From Acetobacteraceae bacterium (GTDB lineage Bacteria > Pseudomonadota > Alphaproteobacteria > Acetobacterales > Acetobacteraceae): a DNA stretch of 64,000 bases. The notes below the pieces were generated by a model that had not been told where the DNA came from, did not search any database, and saw nothing but the letters and a program-made list of their open reading frames with translations. The stretch is from positions 10,922-74,921 of the forward strand of contig JBIKOJ010000002.1 of assembly GCA_044358135.1 (NCBI GenBank). The letters are read 5' to 3'. Below are positions 1 to 8,157 of the stretch, piece after piece (the first letter of the stretch is position 1; each line of letters starts with the position of its first letter). A program made the translations under genes and the position numbers.

Positions 1-106
1 GCATCGCGCGCATTTCCTCGCGCAGCAGGAAGTCGCTGTCCTGGGCGGGCAGGCGGTAGCTGGGCGAGCGCAGCTGCGGGCTGTCGTTGGGGTCGATCGG
101 GTCCAT
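1..106 (-). CDS. 5' end of a gene running off the window (MDPIDPNDSPQLRSPSYRLPAQDSDFLLREEMRAM...); possibly LOG/TIGR00730-type protein
   Basis: ATG at 106-104 (minus) preceded by a GGAGGAG SD (rc of 111-120). Open to the window edge. The N-terminal pattern resembles LOG-family N-termini, from recollection only. Confidence 0.45.
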   Translation of the reverse strand, partial: MDPIDPNDSPQLRSPSYRLPAQDSDFLLREEMRAM

Positions 107-206
107 GCGGGTCTCCTCCCGTGCAACGTTGTCCGGCGCGGCCAAGCGCGCAACCCACGGCCACACCCCCGCGTTGACCCGCCATGCCGCCAAACAGGAG
201 GATGCA

Positions 207-1256
207 ATGACCCGCACCGGGCGCTGGCTCCTCGCCGCTGGCGGCGTTGTGGCGCTGCTGGGAGTCGGCGTGGCCACGGCGCCGCACTGGTTGCGCCCCA
301 TCCTGGCCGCCCGCGCCTCCGCCGCGCTGGGCCGCAACGTCACCATCAAGCGGCTGGAAATCCGCTCCTGGCACCCGCCGCACGTGGTGCTGCACGACCT
401 GCGCATCGCCAGCCCGCCGGAGCTCGCCGCCCTCGCCCCCGATTTCGCCACCGCGCGCGAAGTCGCCCTCACGCTCGATCTCGCGCCGGTCTGGCGCGGC
501 GGCCTGGCCAACCTGCCGGAGGTCGCACTCGCCGGCCTGCACGTCACCGCCGTGGAAGCGCTGGATGGCGCCAACAACTACACCTTCACCGTCTCCGGCA
601 CGGGCGGCGGCGGCCTGCCGCGCATCGGCACGGTGCGGATCGCCGACAGCACGGTGCAGCTCAACCTCGCCCGCCGCCAGGTGCAGGCCCAGGTCGCGCT
701 GGCAACGGAGGCCGATGGCGCCATCGTCGCCGAGCTCCAGGGCCAATACGCCGGCCAGCCCGTTACCGGCCGCATCCGCGGCGCGCCGGCCACTGCCCTG
801 ACCGACGCCACCCTGCCCTACGCCGTGGAAGCGCAGCTGGACAGCGGCAGCGCCCGCCTACGCGCCACCGGAACCATCGCCGGCCCGCTGCAACCGGCCG
901 CGGCCCAGCTCCGCCTGGAACTCTCGGGCACCGACCTGCAGGGCCTGCAAGCGCTCACCGGCATCCCCTTCCCGCCCACGCCCCCGTTCAGCCTCGCCGG
1001 CGCCGCCACCTACGAAGGCGGCATCGCCAAGCTGGACGGGTTGCAGGGCCGCCTCGGCAGCAGCGACCTGGGCGGCGACCTCGCGCTGGATCTCCGCGCC
1101 GAACGCCCCATCCTCTCCGGCACGCTGGCCTCCGCCCGGCTCGATCCGCAGGACCTCGCCGGCTTCATCGGCTCCCAGCCCGGCCGCGCCACCACGCCCG
1201 GCATCACCCCCGCCCAACGCCAGGCCATCGCCCGGGCAGAGGCAAGCCGCGCCTGA
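207..1256 (+). CDS. AsmA family protein, N-terminal fragment (frame-shifted gene)
   Basis: ATG at 207 after a CAGGAGGA SD. Signal-anchor RWLLAAGGVVALLGVGVA followed by an AsmA-like N-domain (LGRNVTIKRLEIR...). The reading frame continues in another frame at about 1253. Confidence 0.75.
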   Translation: MTRTGRWLLAAGGVVALLGVGVATAPHWLRPILAARASAALGRNVTIKRLEIRSWHPPHVVLHDLRIASPPELAALAPDFATAREVALTLDLAPVWRGGLANLPEVALAGLHVTAVEALDGANNYTFTVSGTGGGGLPRIGTVRIADSTVQLNLARRQVQAQVALATEADGAIVAELQGQYAGQPVTGRIRGAPATALTDATLPYAVEAQLDSGSARLRATGTIAGPLQPAAAQLRLELSGTDLQGLQALTGIPFPPTPPFSLAGAATYEGGIAKLDGLQGRLGSSDLGGDLALDLRAERPILSGTLASARLDPQDLAGFIGSQPGRATTPGITPAQRQAIARAEASRA

Positions 1257-1270
1257 TCCCCAACATCCCG

Positions 1271-2116
1271 ATGGACCTCCCGCGCATCCAGGCCGCCGAC
1301 TTCCACATCGCCTACCGGACGGAGCGCGTCCTCGGCAACTGGATGCCGTTCGATTCCATCGGCCTGAAGCTCGACATCGAACAGGGCCGCATCCGCGTCT
1401 CCGACCTCCGCCTCGCCGTCGGCCGCGGCGCCATCGCGGGCCAGATCGACATGACCCCAGGCGAGGGCGGCATGCGCACCCGCGCCGACCTCCGGCTCCA
1501 GCGCCTGGAGGTGCGCCGCCTGCTCGATTCCGCCGGCGAGATCTTCCAGGGCAACGGCCTGATCGGCGGGCGCATCGAGGTCGATTCGGTCGGCCGCTCC
1601 CTGGCCGAGATCCTGCAGCAGGGCACCGGCCGCCTCACCTTCGTCATGGCCGGCGGCTCCATGAGCCAGATGATCGTTGACCTCTCCGGCCTGCAACTGG
1701 GCGAGGCCCTGCTCTCCAGCCTCGGCCTGCCGGCGCAAACCCGCGTCCGCTGCCTGATCGGCGACCTCGCCCTCGGCCGCGGCGCCCTGGCCACCCGCAC
1801 CCTGCTGCTGGACACCGAGGGCGACCGCACCACCGTCCAGGGCAGCCTGGACCTGCGCACGGAAACCCTTTCCGCCGTGCTGCGGACCCAGGCAAAGCGT
1901 TTCACCATCGGAACACTCGCCACGCCGATCCTGGTCAGCGGCACACTCAAGAATCCGCAATTCGCACCGGAGGGCGGGGAGCTGGCGCTCCGCGGCGCCG
2001 CCGCCGTCGGCCTCGGCCTGCTGCTCGCCCCCGCCGCGCTGCTGCCCACCATCCAGCTCGGCATCGGCGAGGACAATGCCTGCGCCGCCATCGCCCGCGA
2101 ACCCGCCGCGCGCTGA
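1271..2116 (+). CDS. AsmA family protein, C-terminal fragment
   Basis: AsmA C-terminal-like sequence (IPNIPMDLPRIQAADFHIAY... LVSGTLKNPQF). The frame is open upstream of 1271 back to about 1200, consistent with a split gene. Confidence 0.7.
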   Translation: MDLPRIQAADFHIAYRTERVLGNWMPFDSIGLKLDIEQGRIRVSDLRLAVGRGAIAGQIDMTPGEGGMRTRADLRLQRLEVRRLLDSAGEIFQGNGLIGGRIEVDSVGRSLAEILQQGTGRLTFVMAGGSMSQMIVDLSGLQLGEALLSSLGLPAQTRVRCLIGDLALGRGALATRTLLLDTEGDRTTVQGSLDLRTETLSAVLRTQAKRFTIGTLATPILVSGTLKNPQFAPEGGELALRGAAAVGLGLLLAPAALLPTIQLGIGEDNACAAIAREPAAR

Positions 2117-2141
2117 ATCCCGGCGCCGGCACACGCCCGCA

Positions 2142-2166
2142 GGAACCCGCGCGCCGAAGCGCCGTT
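2142..2166 (+). promoter_or_regulatory. EcfG-type (general stress sigma) promoter GGAAC-N16-CGTT
   Basis: GGAAC at 2142-2146, a 16-nt spacer, CGTT at 2163-2166. It lies about 55 nt upstream of the GTG(2221)/SD of the first YsnF-domain gene. Confidence 0.6.
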
Positions 2167-2220
2167 CTCTCCCTGGCACCGCCGCCCGGGGTGCCTCCCC
2201 GCACAACCCAAGGATCGCCC

Positions 2221-2670
2221 GTGGCGCACCCGCCCGAGGACACGTCGCCAGACCCGATCCCGCTGCTGGAGGAGCACGCCCGCATCACCACGCGCGACGT
2301 CGTCACCGGCCGCGTCCAGGTCCGCCTCGCCACCGAGGAGGTGGAGGATGTGGTCCACGCCACCCTTGCCGGCCGCCGCGCCACCGTCGAGCGCATCGCG
2401 ATGGATATCGAAGTCACCGAAGCCCCCGCCGTACGCCAGGAGGGCGACACCATCGTCGTGCCGGTGGTGGAGGAGGTGCTGGTGGTGGAACGCCGCCTGC
2501 GCCTGCGCGAGGAAATCCGCCTTCACCTCGTCCCCACGCAGGAGGAGGTCGCACTGCCGGTGCGCCGGCGCGTCCAGCACGCGGAGGTGCATCGCCTCCA
2601 CGGCACACCGCCGGCGGACGACCCCACCCCGTCCCGTGCCGGAAAAGGCTATCAGGAGAACCACGAATGA
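2221..2670 (+). CDS. YsnF/AvaK (DUF2382) domain stress protein, small
   Basis: Two DUF2382-like repeats (IPLLEEHARITTRDVVTGRVQVR; VPVVEEVLVVERRLRLREEIRL). GTG at 2221 has an AAGGA SD 6 nt upstream. The track ORF starts at GTG 2191. Confidence 0.8.
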   Translation: MAHPPEDTSPDPIPLLEEHARITTRDVVTGRVQVRLATEEVEDVVHATLAGRRATVERIAMDIEVTEAPAVRQEGDTIVVPVVEEVLVVERRLRLREEIRLHLVPTQEEVALPVRRRVQHAEVHRLHGTPPADDPTPSRAGKGYQENHE

Positions 2671-3797
2671 CCCGCATGATCACCGCGATGTTCGATACCC
2701 GCGCCGAAGCCGATGCCGCCGCCGACCACCTGGCCCGCGACATCGGCATCCAGCGCTCCGCCGTGCAGGTCCATGGCGGCGAGGCAGCCGCAGGAACGTC
2801 GCGCACCCCCGCCAGCGCCGCCGCCGGGGCCGAGGATGTCGGCTTCTGGAGCGCGCTGCGCGACCTCTTCGTGCCCGACGAAGACCGCCCGACCTACGCC
2901 GAGGGCATCCGCCGCGGCAGCTTCCTCGTGACCGCCGAAGTGGACGACACCGCGGTGGATCGCGCCATGGACCTGCTGGAATCCCACGGCGCCGTGGACC
3001 TGGACACGCGCGAGGCGCAGTGGCGTGCCGGCGGCTGGTCCGGCCAGGAGAGCATGGGCACCGGCACCGTCGCCTCCCTGCCCACCTCGCCCGAACTCGG
3101 CGTGGCCGGCACCACCCGTGAGACGATCACCGAACGCCCCGGCGGCGCCGGCGGCGACTTCACCACCAACCCCGCCCCGGGCCAAATGGACAGCGCGTCC
3201 GATGCCACCCGCCGCACCGGCACGGCCGGCACCACCACGGGCCGCACCACCGACGAAGTGATCCCGGTGGTGGAGGAGCACATCCAGATCGGCAAGCGCG
3301 ACGTGGAGCGCGGCCGCGTCCGCGTGCGCTCCTACATCGTCGAACGCCCCGTCAGTGAGCAGGTCACCCTGCGCGGCGAGCACGTGGAAGTGCAGCGCCG
3401 CCGCGTGGACCGCCCCGCCACCGCCAACGACGACCTGTTCCGCGAACGCACCATCGAGGCGGTGGAACGCGGCGAGGAAGCGGTGGTGGCGAAGGAAACC
3501 CGCGTCACGGAGGAGGTTGTGCTGCGCAAGGATGCCACCGAGCGCACCGAAACCGTCACAGACACCGTCCGCCACACCGAGGTGAAGGTGGAAGACGACA
3601 CCACCACCAAGGGCACCCACACCGATGCCCGCCTCGGCACCCGCCACGGCTCCGCGCCAGACGGCACCCCCGGCAACCCGCCCGGCACCATGGCCAGCCG
3701 CGGGATGGACAAGACGCTGGGCACCAACGTCAGCGGCGCCAACCCGCAGGGCGAAAACCTCGCCAGCCGCGCCAAGGACAAGACCACCAAGCCGTAA
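2667..3797 (+). CDS. General-stress protein with N-terminal GsiB/17M-like domain and C-terminal YsnF/AvaK (DUF2382) domain
   Basis: ATG 2667 overlaps the upstream TGA (ATGA). Motif IPVVEEHIQIGKRDVERGRVRVRSYIVERPV...VTLRGEHVEVQRRRVDRP. The Arg/Pro-rich 5' part of track ORF 2076.. is discarded. Confidence 0.85.
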   Translation: MTRMITAMFDTRAEADAAADHLARDIGIQRSAVQVHGGEAAAGTSRTPASAAAGAEDVGFWSALRDLFVPDEDRPTYAEGIRRGSFLVTAEVDDTAVDRAMDLLESHGAVDLDTREAQWRAGGWSGQESMGTGTVASLPTSPELGVAGTTRETITERPGGAGGDFTTNPAPGQMDSASDATRRTGTAGTTTGRTTDEVIPVVEEHIQIGKRDVERGRVRVRSYIVERPVSEQVTLRGEHVEVQRRRVDRPATANDDLFRERTIEAVERGEEAVVAKETRVTEEVVLRKDATERTETVTDTVRHTEVKVEDDTTTKGTHTDARLGTRHGSAPDGTPGNPPGTMASRGMDKTLGTNVSGANPQGENLASRAKDKTTKP

Positions 3798-3896
3798 TCA
3801 TCCCCCCACGGCAAGGGAACCATGAAGGCGAGGCCGGCATTGCCGGTCTCGTCGGCGTTTCAACCCGCGTAGCAACGCGAAACCGGAGTGCGCAGC

Positions 3897-4316
3897 ATGA
3901 GCGACAACAAATCCCAGGGCAGTGCCGGCAGCGCGCTCGGCGCCCACAGCAAGGACAGCCCGCAAGGCCAGGGCGCGTCCTCCGCCGCCTCCGGCACGAT
4001 GGGCCAGCACGGCGGCAGCCAGTCCTCGGGCGTCAGCCAGGGCGACGGCAAGAAGGATCGCCGCGACGAATCGTCCTCCGACAACTGGCAGCAGGCCGGC
4101 GCCGAGATGGCCGGCCAGGCCAAGGAAGGCATGGAACGCGTCGCCAACACCGTGCGCGACGCCGCCAGCACCGCCCGCGACACCATCGCCACCCGCGGCA
4201 GCCAGGCCATGGAAAGCACCGGCCAGATGGTGCGCGACCAACCCATGACAGCGCTGGCCGTCACCGGGCTGGCCTGCTTCGCCATCGGCATGATGATCGG
4301 GCGTGGGCGCTACTAA
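3897..4316 (+). CDS. DUF883 (ElaB/YqjD-like) membrane-anchored stress protein
   Basis: ATG 3897 lies 8 nt after GGAG. Hydrophilic Q/S/G-rich body plus a C-terminal anchor PMTALAVTGLACFAIGMMIGRGRY. Confidence 0.8.
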   Translation: MSDNKSQGSAGSALGAHSKDSPQGQGASSAASGTMGQHGGSQSSGVSQGDGKKDRRDESSSDNWQQAGAEMAGQAKEGMERVANTVRDAASTARDTIATRGSQAMESTGQMVRDQPMTALAVTGLACFAIGMMIGRGRY

Positions 4317-4450
4317 GCAAGGACTCTTCTTTTTCTGAAGAAAAAGAAGCAAAAAGACTTTTCTGAATGGCACCCGTCTCTCCAAGGAGAGGCGGGTGCA
4401 AGTTTCAAAAGTTTTTTGGTTCTTTTTTTCAAAAAAGAACCGCTTCCTTA
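4317..4450 (+). repeat. Composite intergenic element, copy E1 (A-hairpin / GC hairpin / B-hairpin)
   Basis: A hairpin: CTTCTTTTTC-TGAA-GAAAAAGAAG (4326-4349). Central hairpin: GCACCCGTCTCTCC..GGAGAGGCGGGTGC. B hairpin: GGTTCTTTTTT-TC-AAAAAAGAACC (4418-4441). Abuts the stops of both convergent genes. Confidence 0.9.
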
Positions 4451-5659
4451 CACTAAGGCGCGCTGCAAACTCTCCACCAGCCGGTCCACTTCCTCCAGCG
4501 TATTGTAGTGCACCATGGAGGCCCGGACCACGCCGTTGCCCTCCAGCAGCCCCAGCCGCTCCACCAGGCGGCGCGAGTGGAAATCCCCGAAGCGGATGCC
4601 GATCGGGTCCTGGTCCACCGCTGCCACGATCGCTGCGGAGTCCTTCCCCGCCACCTTGAAGGCGATCGTCGGCACCCGCACCGCCGCGTCCGAGGTCCGC
4701 TCGCCGATCACCCGGATATCGTTGCGGCTGCGCAGGAAGCCCAGCAGCCGCTCCGCCAGCGCCGCCTCATGCGCCGCGATATCGCCAAAGCCACGCTCCA
4801 GCGCCGCGCGCCCGGTACCGCCGCCCAGCCCTTCCAGGTAGTCCACGATCCCCGCCGCCCCCCAGGCCGCCTCGTAGCTCGGGTTGCCCGGCTCCAGCTT
4901 GGCCGGCACTTTCTCGCGCCCGTAGAACCAGTGGTACAGCCCGTCCAGCTCCAGCAGCTTGTCGTGCTTGCCGTACATCACCGCGAAATGCGGCCCGTAC
5001 GTCTTGTAGAAGCTGAAGATGTAGTAATCCACGTCCCAGCCCGCCACATCCAGCGCCCGATGCGGCGCATAGGCCACCGCATCCACCACCAGCTCCGCCC
5101 CCGCCGCATGCACCCGCCGCGCGATCTCCGCCACCGGCATGATCGTGCCCAGGATGTTGGAGGCATGGGTCACCGCCACCAGCCGCGTGCGCGGCCCCAG
5201 CAGCGCATCAAGGTCCGCCAGGTCCGGCCGCATCGTCTCGGGGTTGATGCGCCACTCCCGCACCACCACGCCCGCCTTCTCCAGCGCGCGCCACGGCCCG
5301 ATGTTCGATTCGTGGTCGAAATCCGTCACCACCACCTCGTCGCCCGGCTTCAGGCGGCCGGCCATGGCCTTGGCCAGGAACTGCGCCAGCACCGTGGTGG
5401 AAGGCCCGAACACCACCTCCTCCGGCCGCCGCGCGCCGATCCACGTCGCCACCCGCGCCCGCGCCTCCGCCAGCCGGGCCGAGGCGCGCTGCGAATGGGC
5501 ATAGCTCGCGCCCGTCTGCACGCTGGTGGTCAGCAGGTAGTCGGCCACCCGCTCCGCCACCCCGCGCAGCACCAGCGATCCGCCGGCATTGTCGAAATAG
5601 GCAAACCCGTCGGCCAGCGCCGGGAAGCAGGAACGCACATGGGCAAGATCAAGCGGCAT
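4448..5659 (-). CDS. Aminotransferase class V / cysteine desulfurase-like PLP enzyme
   Basis: 403 aa from ATG 5659 (AAGGA SD). Class-V features THASNILG and FSFYKTYGP. High GC3. Confidence 0.9.
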   Translation of the reverse strand: MPLDLAHVRSCFPALADGFAYFDNAGGSLVLRGVAERVADYLLTTSVQTGASYAHSQRASARLAEARARVATWIGARRPEEVVFGPSTTVLAQFLAKAMAGRLKPGDEVVVTDFDHESNIGPWRALEKAGVVVREWRINPETMRPDLADLDALLGPRTRLVAVTHASNILGTIMPVAEIARRVHAAGAELVVDAVAYAPHRALDVAGWDVDYYIFSFYKTYGPHFAVMYGKHDKLLELDGLYHWFYGREKVPAKLEPGNPSYEAAWGAAGIVDYLEGLGGGTGRAALERGFGDIAAHEAALAERLLGFLRSRNDIRVIGERTSDAAVRVPTIAFKVAGKDSAAIVAAVDQDPIGIRFGDFHSRRLVERLGLLEGNGVVRASMVHYNTLEEVDRLVESLQRALV

Positions 5660-5713
5660 CGGGAATCCTTTCGCAGGCCGCGCGAAAGGTAGCGCAATGC
5701 AGCCGGGCCGCAA

Positions 5714-5956
5714 TCAGCCCCGTTGCGGCTGCCCCGCGAAGCGCACCGGCGCCCCGGGATAATCCCAATGATCCCAGATCGGCGCCGGCATCACGGGCAT
5801 CTCATGCGCCTCCTCGGCGAACCCGGTCCGATGCTGTCCCCAATCCCAACTGGAACGGTCCTGCCACGACTGCCCCGGCGCCTCCGCCTGGGCCAGCACC
5901 GGCCCTGCCAGCACAACCAAGCCCAGCGCGATCAGTTCGAGGAAGGGTCGGGCCAT
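5714..5956 (-). CDS. Small secreted hypothetical protein
   Basis: AAGGAGA SD before ATG 5956. Signal peptide LIALGLVVLAGPVLAQA. W/D-rich mature part. Confidence 0.55.
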   Translation of the reverse strand: MARPFLELIALGLVVLAGPVLAQAEAPGQSWQDRSSWDWGQHRTGFAEEAHEMPVMPAPIWDHWDYPGAPVRFAGQPQRG

Positions 5957-6040
5957 GGCAGGTCTCCTTGCCGCATGCCCATGGCAAACGCGGCAGGCGC
6001 CATTCCGTTGGCGGCCGTTCCGCCCCCGGCAGGGCCTCCC

Positions 6041-6418
6041 TCACCCGGAATGCGCAGACCGCATCCCCTCCAGGTTCCGGTGCGCCACCAGCACGCCCAG
6101 GAACTCCCCCTCCCGCGCCTGCGCATACAGCCCCTCCGGCAGGCCACTGCCCAGGCCGTCGGCGACGTCCACGATATCCGCCCGGCCACGCAGCCCCGCC
6201 ACCAGCGCCTCCATCTCCGCCCCCTGCGTGCCGAAATAGAAGCGGTGGTTTGGCCAGTCCTCATGCTGCCGCTCGCGCGCGATGGTCGCCTGCGCAATCT
6301 GGTCGGTCAGGTCATGGAACATCCGCCGCGCCGCCAGGTGCGTCCCCTGCGGCAGCCCGGCCGCCTCCGCCTGCGCATCGATCTCCACCGGAGAGGCAGC
6401 CACCAGCATCCTCGGCAT
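6041..6418 (-). CDS. Hypothetical protein
   Basis: AGGAGG SD immediately upstream of ATG 6418. High GC3. I recognise no family. Confidence 0.6.
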   Translation of the reverse strand: MPRMLVAASPVEIDAQAEAAGLPQGTHLAARRMFHDLTDQIAQATIARERQHEDWPNHRFYFGTQGAEMEALVAGLRGRADIVDVADGLGSGLPEGLYAQAREGEFLGVLVAHRNLEGMRSAHSG

Positions 6419-6764
6419 CGCAACCTCCTGCGCCCATACGCCCCACCAAGGCGCAGCCTCGCCCTCCGGTTCCCATCCCGTACGTAGACGCCGCCGTGCC
6501 GGGAGCATCACACACGTGTCACGTTGGCATAACGCTTGCACAGACCCTGGCACCGGCGGATTTCACCCCGGCGCCCAGACGTGACACTGCCTTGCCAAAC
6601 CCTGCCTTTCCGCAACGCTGCGTTTCAGCACCGCCTGTTTGATCCGGGCGACGCCAGGGTGACCCCGCAAGGGGCACCCTGGTTCCCCACCCGGCCCCCC
6701 TTTTCCCCACATCGCCTCGCTTTCACCCCCGCCTTTTCAATGCCTTGTTCCAGAGGATACCCGC

Positions 6765-7022
6765 ATGCGCCGCCTTCCCGCCTCCGCGCTGCCGCCCCCC
6801 GCCGTGCTCAGCCGCGAAATCGCCGACGCCGCCGACGAGTTGGCCTGCCGCATCGACCAGGGCGAGTTCGACGACCTGGAAGAAGGCCAGATGGCCGATC
6901 TGCGCATGCTCTCCGCCCTCATGGCCCAGTGGGCCGAACACGCCCAGGCCATCGAGGAGCGGCTCGCCCTGGCCCACGGCACTGTAACAGCCACCCCCTC
7001 CACGATTGCATTCTGCAACTGA
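6765..7022 (+). CDS. Hypothetical small acidic protein
   Basis: GAGGA SD about 8 nt upstream of the ATG. High GC3 throughout. No family recognised. Confidence 0.5.
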   Translation: MRRLPASALPPPAVLSREIADAADELACRIDQGEFDDLEEGQMADLRMLSALMAQWAEHAQAIEERLALAHGTVTATPSTIAFCN

Positions 7023-7155
7023 GCCAGCGTGAATCCCCGCTGCGCTGATTTGCGTCGCATTTTGCAAGAGTAACCGCACCCCGCATCCACCCGCCAGGGA
7101 TTGCCGCCGCGCCCGCCACGCCCGACACTGGATCGAACTCCAGGAGGAACATGGC

Positions 7156-7938
7156 ATGACCGCAAGCTGGCAGAACCAGGTCGCTCTCGTCACCGGCGGC
7201 GCCCGCGGCATCGGCCGCGCCACAATCCGCCGCCTCGCCGCCGCGGGCTGCGCCGTGGCCATCAACTACACCACCCGGCCCGATGCCGCCGAGGAACTCG
7301 CCGCCGAGGTGAAATCCGCCGGCGCCCGCGCCATCACCGTGGGCGCCGACGTGGCCGACCAGGCCGCCGTCCAGGCCATGGTCGCCCGCACGGAAGCCGA
7401 GCTCGGCCCGCTCACCATCCTGGTCAACAACGCCGGCATCGGCTGGCCCGCCACGCTGGAAAGCTGGGAGCCCGAAGGCTTTGCCCGCCTGCGTGCCGTC
7501 AACGTGGATGGCGTCATCCACGGCGTGCGCGCCGTCATGGCCGGCATGAAGGCCCGCCGCTACGGCCGCATCGTCAACATCTCCTCGGTCGCCTCCTTCG
7601 GCAATACCGGCTTCGTCGGCAACCACTTCTATGCCTCCACCAAGGCCGAAGTGAACCTGCTCACCCGCCGCTTCGCCTACGAGCTGGGCCAGCACGGCAT
7701 CACCGTGAACGCCGTCGCCCCCGGCCTCACCCGCTCCGACATGACGCAAGGCAAGCGCAGCGCCGAGGAATGGGCCGAAACCACCGCCGCCTTCAGCAAA
7801 ATCACCATCCTCGGCCGCGTCGGCGAACCCGACGAAATCGCCGCCGCCGTGGCGTTCCTCGCCTCGCCCGATGCAAGTTTCGTCACGGCGCAAGTGCTGA
7901 CGGCGGATGGGGGGCGGACAGACTACATCGGGCACTGA
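7156..7938 (+). CDS. SDR family oxidoreductase (3-oxoacyl-ACP reductase-like)
   Basis: TGGARGIG Rossmann motif, NNAG, and S...YxxxK (YASTKAEV). Confidence 0.92.
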   Translation: MTASWQNQVALVTGGARGIGRATIRRLAAAGCAVAINYTTRPDAAEELAAEVKSAGARAITVGADVADQAAVQAMVARTEAELGPLTILVNNAGIGWPATLESWEPEGFARLRAVNVDGVIHGVRAVMAGMKARRYGRIVNISSVASFGNTGFVGNHFYASTKAEVNLLTRRFAYELGQHGITVNAVAPGLTRSDMTQGKRSAEEWAETTAAFSKITILGRVGEPDEIAAAVAFLASPDASFVTAQVLTADGGRTDYIGH

Positions 7939-8096
7939 AAGAAAGCGGTTCTTTTTTGAAAAAAAGAACCAAAAAACTTTTATGACTACGCGGCTGAACC
8001 ACCCGGTCTTCCTCACGGAGGACCGGGCGCTCCGCAGCGCAGACGAATAAAGTCTTTTTGCTTCTTTTTCTTCAGAAAAAGAAGACCTTCCTTGCT
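7939..8096 (-). repeat. Composite intergenic element, copy E2 (inverted orientation)
   Basis: B' GGTTCTTTTTTGAAAAAAAGAACC, then GC hairpins (CCCGGTC..GACCGGG; GCGC..GCGC), then A' CTTCTTTTTCTTCAGAAAAAGAAG. Starts directly after the TGA of the SDR gene. Confidence 0.9.
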
Positions 8097-8121
8097 GCCT
8101 AAGAAAATTCTCCAAAACCCC

Positions 8122-8150
8122 TTGCGCCGCCACCGTTGGTGAATTATATT
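8122..8150 (+). promoter_or_regulatory. Candidate sigma70-like promoter TTGCGC-N17-TATATT with embedded inverted repeat GGTGAAT-TAT-ATTCACC
   Basis: -35 at 8122-8127 and -10 at 8145-8150. The ATG at 8158 is only 7 nt after the -10 and has no SD, which suggests a leaderless transcript. The inverted repeat spans 8138-8154. Confidence 0.3.
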
Positions 8151-8157
8151 CACCTTC

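Noticed and set aside
2076-2666. N-terminal 197 codons of the 573-aa track ORF 2076..3797
   Set aside because: The translation is Arg/Pro-rich and overlaps the well-supported DUF2382 gene in another frame. The real start is ATG 2667, overlapping the upstream stop.
3816-3859. GGAAC at 3816-3820 as an EcfG -35 for the DUF883 gene
   Set aside because: The nearest CGTT (3856-3859) is 35 nt away rather than 16-17 nt, and there is no acceptable -10.
4396-4659. Recurrent peptides FWFFFSKKNRFL and LLLFLQKKK(S) at the ends of several track ORFs (for example 4396.., 3798..4385, 7101..7985, 31193.., 55646.., 63605..)
   Set aside because: They are translations of the repeat-element arms. The ORFs carrying them are otherwise alternate-frame artefacts.
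6448-6473. GGAAC-N17-CCTT (minus strand) upstream of the hypothetical gene 6041..6418, as an EcfG promoter
   Set aside because: The -10 is CCTT rather than the well-conserved CGTT. That is too weak to call without TSS data.
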